Sequence record: SRR2962707_1143
DNA: 33,715 nucleotides
Strand: one strand, 5' to 3'
Part shown: positions 8,554 through 16,893 of the stretch, piece after piece
How the letters are laid out: every line of letters begins with the position of its first letter
Position numbering within the stretch: the first letter of the stretch is position 1
Made by a program: the position numbers and the translations under genes
Notes under the pieces: generated by a model
Databases searched by the model: none
Told to the model about the DNA's origin: nothing
The model's input: only the letters and a program-made list of their open reading frames with translations

Positions 8554-9510
8554 CTAACTCGCTGGGTTCAAACAGGTGTTAAATCCATTGCCAAGATCAA
8601 TCAGCAATTGATCATAAAGCGTCGGCCCTGCTTCAAGACTGTTGCCAATTGGATCAAGCGTGCCGAATTTGACGTCTGTGCCTTCGGTGACAACATCAAT
8701 CAGTTTGGTATCGAATTGCGGCTCGCCGAAAACGCATTTGACGTTGTTATCGGCCATTTCTTTTTGCACTTCTTTAAGGCGCTTTGCGCCTTCGGCAGCT
8801 GCTGGATTGAGTGTTACTGGGCCCACTGTTTTAAGGCCAAAACGGTGTTCAAAATATTGATAGGCATCATGAAAAACCATAAATTTTCCATCTTTCACGC
8901 TTGCCAAATCCGCCGATAAATTCGTGCTTAGCTCTTGAATATTGGCAATCGCTTCAGCTGCATTTTTCTCGTAAACAGCTGCATTTTCGCTATCAACAGC
9001 GCTCAAGTCTTTCGCAATCGCGCCTACCATGGCAATGGCATTTTGTGGATCAAGCCAGATATGCGGATCATTGCCGAATTCACCATGATCATGGCCATCA
9101 TGTGCCGCATGATCTTCTTCAGCGTGTTGCTCTTCTTCATCGCCATCATCATCTGGATAACGCGCAGGCAGAACTTCAACGCCTGCGGCTTCGTTCATGG
9201 CAAATACTTTTGTATTTCCGCCCAATGACTCAATTGGCTTGCGCATAAAGAGTTCCATGTCCGGCCCAATCCAGAAAATAATATCTGCATTTTGAATGGC
9301 TGAAGCGTCAGATGGTTTAAGCGAAAATGTGTGCGGCGATTGCGCTGTGTCAACGATCAACGTTGGTTCAGCAACATCGCCCATGACCTGCGCCACCAAG
9401 CTATGAAGTGGCTTGATTGTCGCAACAACTTTCGGCGCGGCAAAAGCTGATGTTGAAGCCATGGCAGCCAAAAAAGCAGCCGCCAAAATTTTCGATGTTT
9501 GGGATTTCAT
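8554..9510 (-). CDS. znuA: zinc ABC transporter substrate-binding protein
   Basis: Signal peptide (AFA|A); VVATIKPLHSL, SPHTFSLKPSD, His/acidic loop EEEQHAEEDHAAHDGHDH, DPHIWLDP and VFHDAYQYFE. Confidence 0.95.
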   Translation of the reverse strand: MKSQTSKILAAAFLAAMASTSAFAAPKVVATIKPLHSLVAQVMGDVAEPTLIVDTAQSPHTFSLKPSDASAIQNADIIFWIGPDMELFMRKPIESLGGNTKVFAMNEAAGVEVLPARYPDDDGDEEEQHAEEDHAAHDGHDHGEFGNDPHIWLDPQNAIAMVGAIAKDLSAVDSENAAVYEKNAAEAIANIQELSTNLSADLASVKDGKFMVFHDAYQYFEHRFGLKTVGPVTLNPAAAEGAKRLKEVQKEMADNNVKCVFGEPQFDTKLIDVVTEGTDVKFGTLDPIGNSLEAGPTLYDQLLIDLGNGFNTCLNPAS

Positions 9511-9540
9511 ATCGATACCTAAAAAATGATTGAATTATTA

Positions 9541-9557
9541 ATGTAATAACATTACAT
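9541..9557. promoter_or_regulatory. Zur box 1
   Basis: 7-3-7 inverted repeat ATGTAAT-AAC-ATTACAT between divergent znuA and znuC, resembling the proteobacterial Zur consensus core ATGTTAT-N3-ATAACAT. Confidence 0.8.
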
Positions 9558-9561
9558 CTGA

Positions 9562-9578
9562 CTGATATGATATAACAT
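9562..9578. promoter_or_regulatory. Zur box 2
   Basis: CTGATAT-GAT-ATAACAT, with one perfect consensus half-site (ATAACAT). Centre is 21 bp from box 1. Confidence 0.65.
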
Positions 9579-9642
9579 CTATTGTTGTCAACTGAGAAAT
9601 GCCAACATATATCGATGGCAGCGAAAACGAAAAGAACCACGC

Positions 9643-10437
9643 ATGAGCGATAATTTAGTTGAACTTAAAAATGCGGGCGCAGAACGCGGCGAGCGCTGGC
9701 TCGTTCGCGGTGTCGATTTAACCGTAAAGCAGCGCGAGATTGTTACCTTGATTGGCCCCAACGGTTCAGGCAAATCCACCACGGCTAAATTAGCGCTGCG
9801 CATAGCGCAATTAAGCGAAGGCAGCGTTACGCAAAAGCCGAATTTGCGCGTTGGCTATGTGCCGCAACGCGTAGCGATTGATTGGACATTGCCGCTCAGC
9901 GTTAACCGCTTCATGACACTGACGGGCAAACTATCCGACACGGAAATTGAGACCGCGCTCGCACAAACCGGCGCTTCTCATTTGCGCAAGAATGAAGTGC
10001 GCACTTTATCGGGTGGCGAGTTTCAACGTGTCTCCATGGCCCGCGCCCTTGCGCGCAAGCCTGAATTGCTTGTGTTGGATGAGCCCGTGCAAGGCGTTGA
10101 TTTTGTCGGCGAGATTGCGATCTATGAACTGATAAAAAAAATCCGCGATGAGCTTGGCTGCGGCATTCTTTTGGTGTCGCACGACCTGCATGTGGTGATG
10201 GCCGCAACCGATAAAGTGCTCTGCTTTAATGGTCATGTGTGTTGCCAAGGCAGCCCGACTGCGGTGGCGTCCACGGATGCGTACAAAAAACTGTTCGGGC
10301 CGCGTGCTGACCCTATGCTTGCGGTCTACGAACACAATCATGATCACACCCATTTAAGTGATGGGCGCGTTCGCCATTCAGATGGCTCGATCACGGAACA
10401 TTGCCACCAAGAAGATGGACATCACCATGCTGAATGA
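9643..10437 (+). CDS. znuC: zinc ABC transporter ATP-binding protein
   Basis: Walker A GPNGSGKST, GYVPQ, LSGGEFQRV, Walker B LLVLDEP, VSHDL and a His-rich C-terminal tail. Confidence 0.95.
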   Translation: MSDNLVELKNAGAERGERWLVRGVDLTVKQREIVTLIGPNGSGKSTTAKLALRIAQLSEGSVTQKPNLRVGYVPQRVAIDWTLPLSVNRFMTLTGKLSDTEIETALAQTGASHLRKNEVRTLSGGEFQRVSMARALARKPELLVLDEPVQGVDFVGEIAIYELIKKIRDELGCGILLVSHDLHVVMAATDKVLCFNGHVCCQGSPTAVASTDAYKKLFGPRADPMLAVYEHNHDHTHLSDGRVRHSDGSITEHCHQEDGHHHAE

Positions 10438-11233
10438 TTTTTTCGTGCGCGCGCTCGTCGCGGGTATTGGTGTTGCGATTATTGCTGGTCCGCTGGGTTG
10501 TTTTATCGTGTGGCGGCGCATGGCTTATTTTGGCGACACGCTGGCCCATGCGGCTCTGCTTGGTGTTGCGCTCTCGCTTCTGCTGGATATCAACATGGTG
10601 CTGATGGTGCTGGCAGTTTCTGTGATTGCCTCCCTCGTATTGCTCTATTTGCAAAAGCACGGCACGCTTTCTTCTGACGCTTTGCTGGGCCTATTATCCC
10701 ATTCTGCGCTGGCGCTTGGCCTTATCGCTTTGGCATTTATGACTTGGGTGCGTATTGATATTACGGCTTTGCTTTTCGGCGATATTTTGGCGGTGTCAAA
10801 AACTGATATTGCAATCGTCTATGCAGGCGGTGCAATTGTGCTTGCAGTGCTCGCTTTTATATGGCGGCCTTTGATTGCCGGTACAGTCAGCGATGATTTA
10901 GCCGAAGCAGAAGGCATGAAATCGCAAATGGCGAATTTCATCTTCACCTTGCTTTTGGCCTCGGTCATCGCCATCTCAATGAAGATAACCGGCGTATTGT
11001 TGATTACGGCTATGTTGATTATCCCTGCAGCGACAGCGCGGCGATTTTCTACCAGCCCTGAACAAATGGCAATTGTGGCCTCCATTATCGGCGTTATCAG
11101 CGTTGTGGGCGGGCTGTTTGGTTCCCTTGAATGGGATACGCCCTCTGGTCCATCAATCGTTGTTTCGGGTCTTGCTTTGTTTATAGTCAGCCTCATTCCG
11201 GTGTGGTCACGTTTGAAAAGAAAAGATGCATAA
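10427..11233 (+). CDS. znuB: zinc ABC transporter permease
   Basis: Start MLNDFFVRAL at 10427 overlaps the znuC end. GPLGCFIVWRRMAYFGDTLAHAALLG, LLFGDIL, GVLLITAMLIIPAATAR and DTPSGPSIV. Confidence 0.95.
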   Translation: MLNDFFVRALVAGIGVAIIAGPLGCFIVWRRMAYFGDTLAHAALLGVALSLLLDINMVLMVLAVSVIASLVLLYLQKHGTLSSDALLGLLSHSALALGLIALAFMTWVRIDITALLFGDILAVSKTDIAIVYAGGAIVLAVLAFIWRPLIAGTVSDDLAEAEGMKSQMANFIFTLLLASVIAISMKITGVLLITAMLIIPAATARRFSTSPEQMAIVASIIGVISVVGGLFGSLEWDTPSGPSIVVSGLALFIVSLIPVWSRLKRKDA

Positions 11234-11634
11234 TGAGCCAAACTGAAAAATTGACCAAAAATCAGGCATTGGTTTTCGATGTACTGATAAAAACGGGAAC
11301 GCCGCTCAGCGCCTATTCAATTCTTGATGCGTTGCGTGATGAAGGCTTGCGCGCGCCACTGCAAATTTACCGTGCGCTTGATGCGCTCACTGCGATGGGC
11401 AACGTCCACCGCCTTGAAAGCCTCAACGCTTTTGTCGCGTGCAGCCATCCAAGCTGTTCTGACCATCGCAATACAGCCTTCATCATCTGCGAAAACTGCA
11501 AAGTCGTATCAGAATTGCATGATCATTCACTCGATGAAAAGCTGAAATCATTGGCAGCGGACCGAACTTTTACCTTGCAAAAATCAATCGTCGAACTGCG
11601 CGGCCTTTGCTCTGATTGTCAAAGCACCCACTAG
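11233..11634 (+). CDS. zur: Fur-family zinc uptake regulator
   Basis: Start MSQTEKLTKNQ from a TAATG overlap with the znuB stop. PLSAY, APLQIYRALD, VHRLESLNAFVAC, two CxxC motifs (CENC, CSDC) and znu context. Confidence 0.9.
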   Translation: MSQTEKLTKNQALVFDVLIKTGTPLSAYSILDALRDEGLRAPLQIYRALDALTAMGNVHRLESLNAFVACSHPSCSDHRNTAFIICENCKVVSELHDHSLDEKLKSLAADRTFTLQKSIVELRGLCSDCQSTH

Positions 11635-11641
11635 GATATTT

Positions 11642-13123
11642 ATGACCAAAACTGCGATCAATTTCGACAACTCTTATGCGCGTCTGCCAGAAAATTTCTA
11701 TGCTGCGGCAAAAGCCTCTGGTGCATCTGCGCCGCAATTGCTCGCGCTCAATGAGGCGCTTGCGAGCGAACTGGGCATAGACATCGATTGGCTCAAATCC
11801 GATAAAGGCCTAGCAGTCTTATCTGGCAATGCACTGCCAGAAGGCGCAACGCCTATCGCAACCGCCTATGCGGCCCATCAGTTTGGCAATTTTGTGCCGC
11901 AGCTCGGTGACGGCCGCGCGATGCTGCTGGGCGAGATTATTGACCCCAATGGCCATCGGCGCGACATGCAGCTTAAAGGCAGCGGCCCAACCGCCTATTC
12001 GCGCAATGGCGATGGCAAAGCGGCCATCGGACCGGTGCTGCGTGAATACATTATGTCCGAAGCCATGTATGTACTTGGCATTCCAACGACACGCGCGCTG
12101 GCGGCCGTCAAAACCGGCGATATTGTGCGCCGCGAAGAGCGCCTAGATGGCGCCATTTTAACACGCATTGCCTCAAGCCATATTCGCATTGGTACGTTTC
12201 AATTTTTCTATGCGCGCGACGATATTGCTTCGCTTAAAAAATTGGCTGACTACGTCATTGAACGCCATTACCCAGAGGCCAAATCGGCCGAGACACCTTA
12301 TGCGGCAATGCTTGAAGGTATCATCGCTAAGCAAGCAGAACTGATCGCGCAATGGATGCTCGTTGGCTTTATCCACGGTGTGATGAATACGGACAATATG
12401 TCGATTGCGGGTGAAACAATTGACTATGGTCCGTGTGCCTTCATTGATGTTTTCCACCCTAAAACTGTGTTTAGTGCGATTGATCAACAAGGGCGCTATG
12501 CCTATGGCAATCAGCCGACCATTGGCCAGTGGAATCTTTCGGTTTTAGCACAAAGCCTTTTACCGCTTATCGATGATGATGAAACCAAAGCCATTGAGCG
12601 GGCGAAAGCTGCGCTTGATCTTTATTCGGTGCATTTCCAAGATGCCTATGCGCGGGGCATTCGCGCAAAGCTTGGCTTTGAAACAGAAGACGAAGGCGAC
12701 ATGGCGCTTTGGCAAGATTTAACAAAGCATCTAACGATGGACGAGATTGATTATACGCAGTTTTTCCGCGGGCTTTCAAAGATCACAGCTGGCGACGATG
12801 AAGATTTCGCAGACGTGCTTAAACTGTTCAATGGGCCTTCACAATTTGGCATGTGGCTCGTTGCATGGCGCCGCCGCATATTGGAAGAAGGACGCGATGA
12901 TGAGGAAAGACGCGCAGCTATGCTCGCAGTCAATCCAGCCTATATTCCGCGCAATCATCTTGTTGAAGAAGCGCTAAGCGAAGCGGCAAAGGGCAATATG
13001 GCCTTCGTGCATAAACTTAATTCTGTGCTGGCATCGCCCTTTGAAGAACGCCAAGGTTTGGAGCGCTATTTGCTGCCGCCAAAGCCAGAGGAAGTTGTGC
13101 AAAATACATTCTGCGGAACCTAA
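11642..13123 (+). CDS. selO: protein adenylyltransferase SelO (YdiU family pseudokinase)
   Basis: 493 aa with YAAHQFG, QLGDGRA, QLKGSGPTAYSRNGDGKA, GFIHGVMNTDN, IDYGPCAF, NPAYIPRNH and C-terminal TFCGT. Confidence 0.95.
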   Translation: MTKTAINFDNSYARLPENFYAAAKASGASAPQLLALNEALASELGIDIDWLKSDKGLAVLSGNALPEGATPIATAYAAHQFGNFVPQLGDGRAMLLGEIIDPNGHRRDMQLKGSGPTAYSRNGDGKAAIGPVLREYIMSEAMYVLGIPTTRALAAVKTGDIVRREERLDGAILTRIASSHIRIGTFQFFYARDDIASLKKLADYVIERHYPEAKSAETPYAAMLEGIIAKQAELIAQWMLVGFIHGVMNTDNMSIAGETIDYGPCAFIDVFHPKTVFSAIDQQGRYAYGNQPTIGQWNLSVLAQSLLPLIDDDETKAIERAKAALDLYSVHFQDAYARGIRAKLGFETEDEGDMALWQDLTKHLTMDEIDYTQFFRGLSKITAGDDEDFADVLKLFNGPSQFGMWLVAWRRRILEEGRDDEERRAAMLAVNPAYIPRNHLVEEALSEAAKGNMAFVHKLNSVLASPFEERQGLERYLLPPKPEEVVQNTFCGT

Positions 13124-13132
13124 ATTTATGTG

Positions 13133-13161
13133 TTGAAGCAATAGAGCTTTTTGCGCACTAT
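13133..13161 (+). promoter_or_regulatory. putative sigma70 promoter of thiolase-ligase-PPC operon
   Basis: TTGAAG (13133-13138), N17, CACTAT (13156-13161), followed by the strong SD AGGAGG and ATG at 13181. Confidence 0.45.
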
Positions 13162-13180
13162 GGTTGCAGGAGGAACAATC

Positions 13181-14344
13181 ATGGCAGCAATTACGGGTTG
13201 GTCACACACACCATTTGGCAAACATGTCGATAAGGATGTGGAAGCGCTGATCGCGGATGTGACAGCCAGCGCTATTGCCGATGCGGGGCTTGAGCCAAGC
13301 GATATCGACAGCATCTATCTTGGCACATTCAATGGCGGCTTGGTGCGTCAAGATTTTACAGCGGGTCTGATTTCTCGCGCCGTTCCTGAATTGCGCCATA
13401 CGCCAGCAACACGGTTTGAGAATGCTTGCGCGACCGGCAGTGCGGCCATTTATGGCGCACTTAACGCCATTGCGGCAAACCATGCGACCCATACGCTCGT
13501 GATCGGCGTGGAGAAAATGACAGCCTTGCCGACCTCCGATGTTGGCGAAGTGCTCCTCAAAGCGTCCTATGTGGCCGAAGAGGCGGAAATTGATGCGGGT
13601 TTTGCCGGTATATTTGGGCGCATTGCCGACATTTACTTTCAAAAATATGGCGATCAAAGCGAGGCATTGGCGCATATCGCGGCCAAGAACCATGCCAATG
13701 GTTCCCATAATCCACTTGCCCATATTCAAAAAGATTTTGGCGTTTCATTCTGCAATACGGTTTCGGATAAAAACCCTTATGTGGCAGGGCCACTGCGCCG
13801 CACCGATTGCTCGTTGATATCCGATGGCGCTGCGGCGCTTATTATTTCGAGCGATGATGCCGCGATGACTATGGAAAAGGCGATTGCCTTTCGAGCCGCC
13901 GAACAGGTCAATGATTTTCTGGCTATTTCGCAAAAAGACCCAACCGAATTTTTAGGGGCACGCATGGCTTGGCAGCAAGCGCTATTGATTGCTGACCTAA
14001 CCCTTGATGATTTAAGCTTTGCCGAGGTGCATGACTGCTTCACCATTGCCGAGCTTATTGAATATGAAGTGCTCGGCCTTTGTGAAACAGGCAAAGGGGC
14101 GCAGGTCGCCCTATCAGGCGAAACCCGCATTGATGGGCGCTTGCCAGTCAATCCATCTGGCGGTCTTAAAGCGAAGGGCCATCCTGTCGGCGCAACGGGC
14201 GTTTCAATGCATGTGATGGCTGCGCGCCAACTCAACGGCGATGCATCGGGCATTCAAATTAAAGATCCAAACTTTGGCGCTGTCTTTAATATGGGCGGGA
14301 CGGCAGTTGCCAATTACGTCAGTATTCTTGAACGTGTGCGATAG
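13181..14344 (+). CDS. SCP2-type thiolase (acetyl-CoA acetyltransferase family)
   Basis: Start MAAITGWSHTPFG with SD AGGAGG (387 aa). ENACATGS (nucleophile Cys), GVEKM, SDGAAA, EVHDCF, NPSGGL..KGHPVGATG, and FNMGG in place of the classical CxGGG. Confidence 0.9.
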   Translation: MAAITGWSHTPFGKHVDKDVEALIADVTASAIADAGLEPSDIDSIYLGTFNGGLVRQDFTAGLISRAVPELRHTPATRFENACATGSAAIYGALNAIAANHATHTLVIGVEKMTALPTSDVGEVLLKASYVAEEAEIDAGFAGIFGRIADIYFQKYGDQSEALAHIAAKNHANGSHNPLAHIQKDFGVSFCNTVSDKNPYVAGPLRRTDCSLISDGAAALIISSDDAAMTMEKAIAFRAAEQVNDFLAISQKDPTEFLGARMAWQQALLIADLTLDDLSFAEVHDCFTIAELIEYEVLGLCETGKGAQVALSGETRIDGRLPVNPSGGLKAKGHPVGATGVSMHVMAARQLNGDASGIQIKDPNFGAVFNMGGTAVANYVSILERVR

Positions 14345-14345
14345 G

Positions 14346-15932
14346 ATGAGCAGGCAGAAGATAGAGCGCCGCAGCAACGCCGTTATGAATCTCGGGCATT
14401 TTTTGACCCAGACTGCGCTGCGCTTGCCCGATCATCCAGCGCTTATTCGCGGCGATGAAGTGCGCAGTTGGGGCGAGGTAAACACCAAAGTCGATGCGAT
14501 TGCCCACGCGCTGACCGCAATGGGTGTCGTGAAAGGTGACCGTGTTCTTATCCATTCCAATAATTGTCTGGATATGGCTGAGGCAATGTATGCGATATTT
14601 AAGACCGGCGCGGTATTAGTGCCAACCAATTTTCGCCTAGGCCCTGATGAAATTGTTCAAATGGGCAAGATTGCCGGTGCTACATTTTTTATCGGCAATG
14701 CTGACTTTCCAGATCACATCGAGGCTATAAAAACGCAACTAATTCCAGTTGAGCGCCACATCATAATTGGCGGCGATTACGATAATTATGTTGCGCAACA
14801 TAAAGAAGCTGGCCGCTTCGCGGAAGCAGATGTTTTGTATGATGATCCGGCTTGGTTTTTCTTCACATCTGGCACAACCGGTACGCCTAAATGTGCGGTC
14901 CTCACTCATGGCCAGATGGGTTTCGTGCTGACCAATCATGCGGCCGATCTAATGCCTGGCCTAACGCACACGGATGTATCGCTTGTGGTCGCACCCTTAT
15001 CGCATGGCGCGGGCTTACACTTCTTTGTACAAGTGGCGCGCGGGGCGACCTCGGTTCTTCTGTCCGGTGACGGCCTAAAACCAGAGGAAGCATGGCAACT
15101 CGTTGAGCGCCACAAAATTAGCAACATGTTTACGGTCCCAACAATCGTAAAACGGCTTGTTGAAGATAGCAGCGTTGATCAATTCGATCATAGCAGTTTG
15201 CGCCATGTCATTTACGCTGGCGCGCCGATGTACCGCGATGATCAAAAGACAGCGTTGACAAAACTTGGACCTTCGCTTGTGCAATATTTTGGCCTTGGGG
15301 AAGTCACCGGCGCTATCACCGTTTTGCCAGCGGCTGAGCATTTTCCAGATGACGATAAAATGCGTATCGGCTCGTGTGGCTATGCGCGCATGGGCATGGA
15401 AATTGCCATCCTAGATGATAGCGGCAAACGGCTTTCAGCGCATGAAACCGGCGCTATCGCTGTGCGCGGTCCAGCAGTGTTTTCTGGCTATCTTGATAAT
15501 GAAAAAGTCAATGACGAAGCGTTTCAAAATGGTTGGTTTTTGACCGGAGATATTGGCCATCTCGATGAAGCAAATTATCTTTATCTAACAGGCCGAAAAT
15601 CAGACATGTATATATCTGGCGGATCAAACATTTATCCGCGCGAGATTGAAGAAAGGCTGCTCGAACACCCCGCAATTGCAGAGATTGCGATTGTCGGGAT
15701 TGCCGACAAAGAATGGGGAGAAGTGGGCGCCGCCGTGGTTGTTCTTAACGACGAAATGAACCTTGATGAAGCGGCGCTGCGGGCTTGGTTTGAAGCCAAA
15801 ATTGCACGCTATAAGCAGCCCAAACTCATTGTCTTTAAAGATGCTTTGCCCAAGTCAGCGTATGGAAAAGTGGAAAAGAAACGCATTCGCCAGCTCTTGC
15901 TGGATGAAGGCCATTTTGAGGAAATCACCTAA
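14346..15932 (+). CDS. acyl-CoA synthetase / AMP-forming acid-CoA ligase (ANL superfamily)
   Basis: Start MSRQKIERR at 14346, 1 nt after the thiolase stop (528 aa). P-loop FFTSGTTGTPK, PLSHGAG, FGLGE, TGDIG, GRKSDMYISGGSNIYPREIE and PKSAYGK. Confidence 0.92.
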   Translation: MSRQKIERRSNAVMNLGHFLTQTALRLPDHPALIRGDEVRSWGEVNTKVDAIAHALTAMGVVKGDRVLIHSNNCLDMAEAMYAIFKTGAVLVPTNFRLGPDEIVQMGKIAGATFFIGNADFPDHIEAIKTQLIPVERHIIIGGDYDNYVAQHKEAGRFAEADVLYDDPAWFFFTSGTTGTPKCAVLTHGQMGFVLTNHAADLMPGLTHTDVSLVVAPLSHGAGLHFFVQVARGATSVLLSGDGLKPEEAWQLVERHKISNMFTVPTIVKRLVEDSSVDQFDHSSLRHVIYAGAPMYRDDQKTALTKLGPSLVQYFGLGEVTGAITVLPAAEHFPDDDKMRIGSCGYARMGMEIAILDDSGKRLSAHETGAIAVRGPAVFSGYLDNEKVNDEAFQNGWFLTGDIGHLDEANYLYLTGRKSDMYISGGSNIYPREIEERLLEHPAIAEIAIVGIADKEWGEVGAAVVVLNDEMNLDEAALRAWFEAKIARYKQPKLIVFKDALPKSAYGKVEKKRIRQLLLDEGHFEEIT

Positions 15933-16892
15933 ATGCCCGCTTTTCGCACTACCCTGAAGGCACTGGACGCTGCGCATCATATGGTGCACCCAGGGCCGCT
16001 GAATAAAAGCCGTGTTGATTATGTTGAAATTCCCGATGTCGTTTCAGACAATGTTGTTCTGCCAGCGGGCAAAACGCTGCATGATGCGGTGATTGATATT
16101 GCGCACAGCCTTGGTGGTTCGTGCGGTACGGCTTCGCTGATGGGCGGTGCATTTTCAACCACACGATTTACAACCGGCGGACCAGCCCGCGAAGGCAAAG
16201 CGGCCAATTACACTTTCATCCGCGAACTCGGGTCAACTGACATTCTATCGGGGACCGTGAGTTTTGGTTTTGCTGAAGATGCGCCGCATTTTGTGCATTG
16301 CCATGCGCGGCTTAAATCTTCGCCCAATCGTATGGAAGACGGCGGACATTTTTTCGCGCCCGATTGCATCATTGCCGAACCGATTGCGGCACAAATAAAC
16401 GTATTTATCGGCGCGAAGATCATTAAGCAGGCAAGCACCGAGACGCTCCATGCGATTTTTGAAATTGAAGACCAAGCACCGCCCAAAATCAGCGACGAAT
16501 ATGGCCGCGAGTTTTTTATTCGCGTCCACCCCAATGAGGATTTGCCAAGCGTTTTAGAAGATTTTTGTGCGCAACATAAAATTGCCAATGCACTTGTTTC
16601 CGCCTCACTCGGCAGCTTGAATATGCCTGCATTATCGGTGCGCGGCGATGTGCTGCAAATCTCAAGCGTCGGCACTGAAGTGATTGCATTTCAAGGCGAT
16701 GTGATGCGCGAAGCTGGCCGGCACCGCGCCACCATTTTCGCCAACCTAGTTGACGAAAATGGCAAAGAGTTTTCTGGCTATTTGATTAAGGGCCATAGCC
16801 CCGTTTGCATTACCGCTGAAATTTATCTCATCGAAATCATGGATAAATCAATCATAGACACAATGCGCGATGTGCGCGACGCCAGCTATTAA
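15933..16892 (+). CDS. tandem PPC/DUF296-domain protein of unknown function
   Basis: 319 aa starting directly after the ligase stop. Two similar halves: VVLPAGKTL..GGAF..HFVHCHA..GGH and IRVHPNEDL..LGSL..E..LVDENG..G..PVCITAE, the pattern of the PPC/DUF296 fold. Confidence 0.7.
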   Translation: MPAFRTTLKALDAAHHMVHPGPLNKSRVDYVEIPDVVSDNVVLPAGKTLHDAVIDIAHSLGGSCGTASLMGGAFSTTRFTTGGPAREGKAANYTFIRELGSTDILSGTVSFGFAEDAPHFVHCHARLKSSPNRMEDGGHFFAPDCIIAEPIAAQINVFIGAKIIKQASTETLHAIFEIEDQAPPKISDEYGREFFIRVHPNEDLPSVLEDFCAQHKIANALVSASLGSLNMPALSVRGDVLQISSVGTEVIAFQGDVMREAGRHRATIFANLVDENGKEFSGYLIKGHSPVCITAEIYLIEIMDKSIIDTMRDVRDASY

Positions 16893-16893
16893 A

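Noticed and set aside
13109-13123. Possible selenocysteine read-through at the SelO C-terminus
   Set aside because: The gene ends TFCGT-TAA with Cys and no in-frame TGA, the ordinary bacterial form.
14241-14345. Extended N-termini given by the ORF track (ligase 14241; also znuB 10358, zur 11131, lpxK 20613, pmbA 24593, DUF2161 6392)
   Set aside because: Most extensions overlap upstream genes and none carry family motifs; downstream starts with an SD or stop-start coupling fit better.
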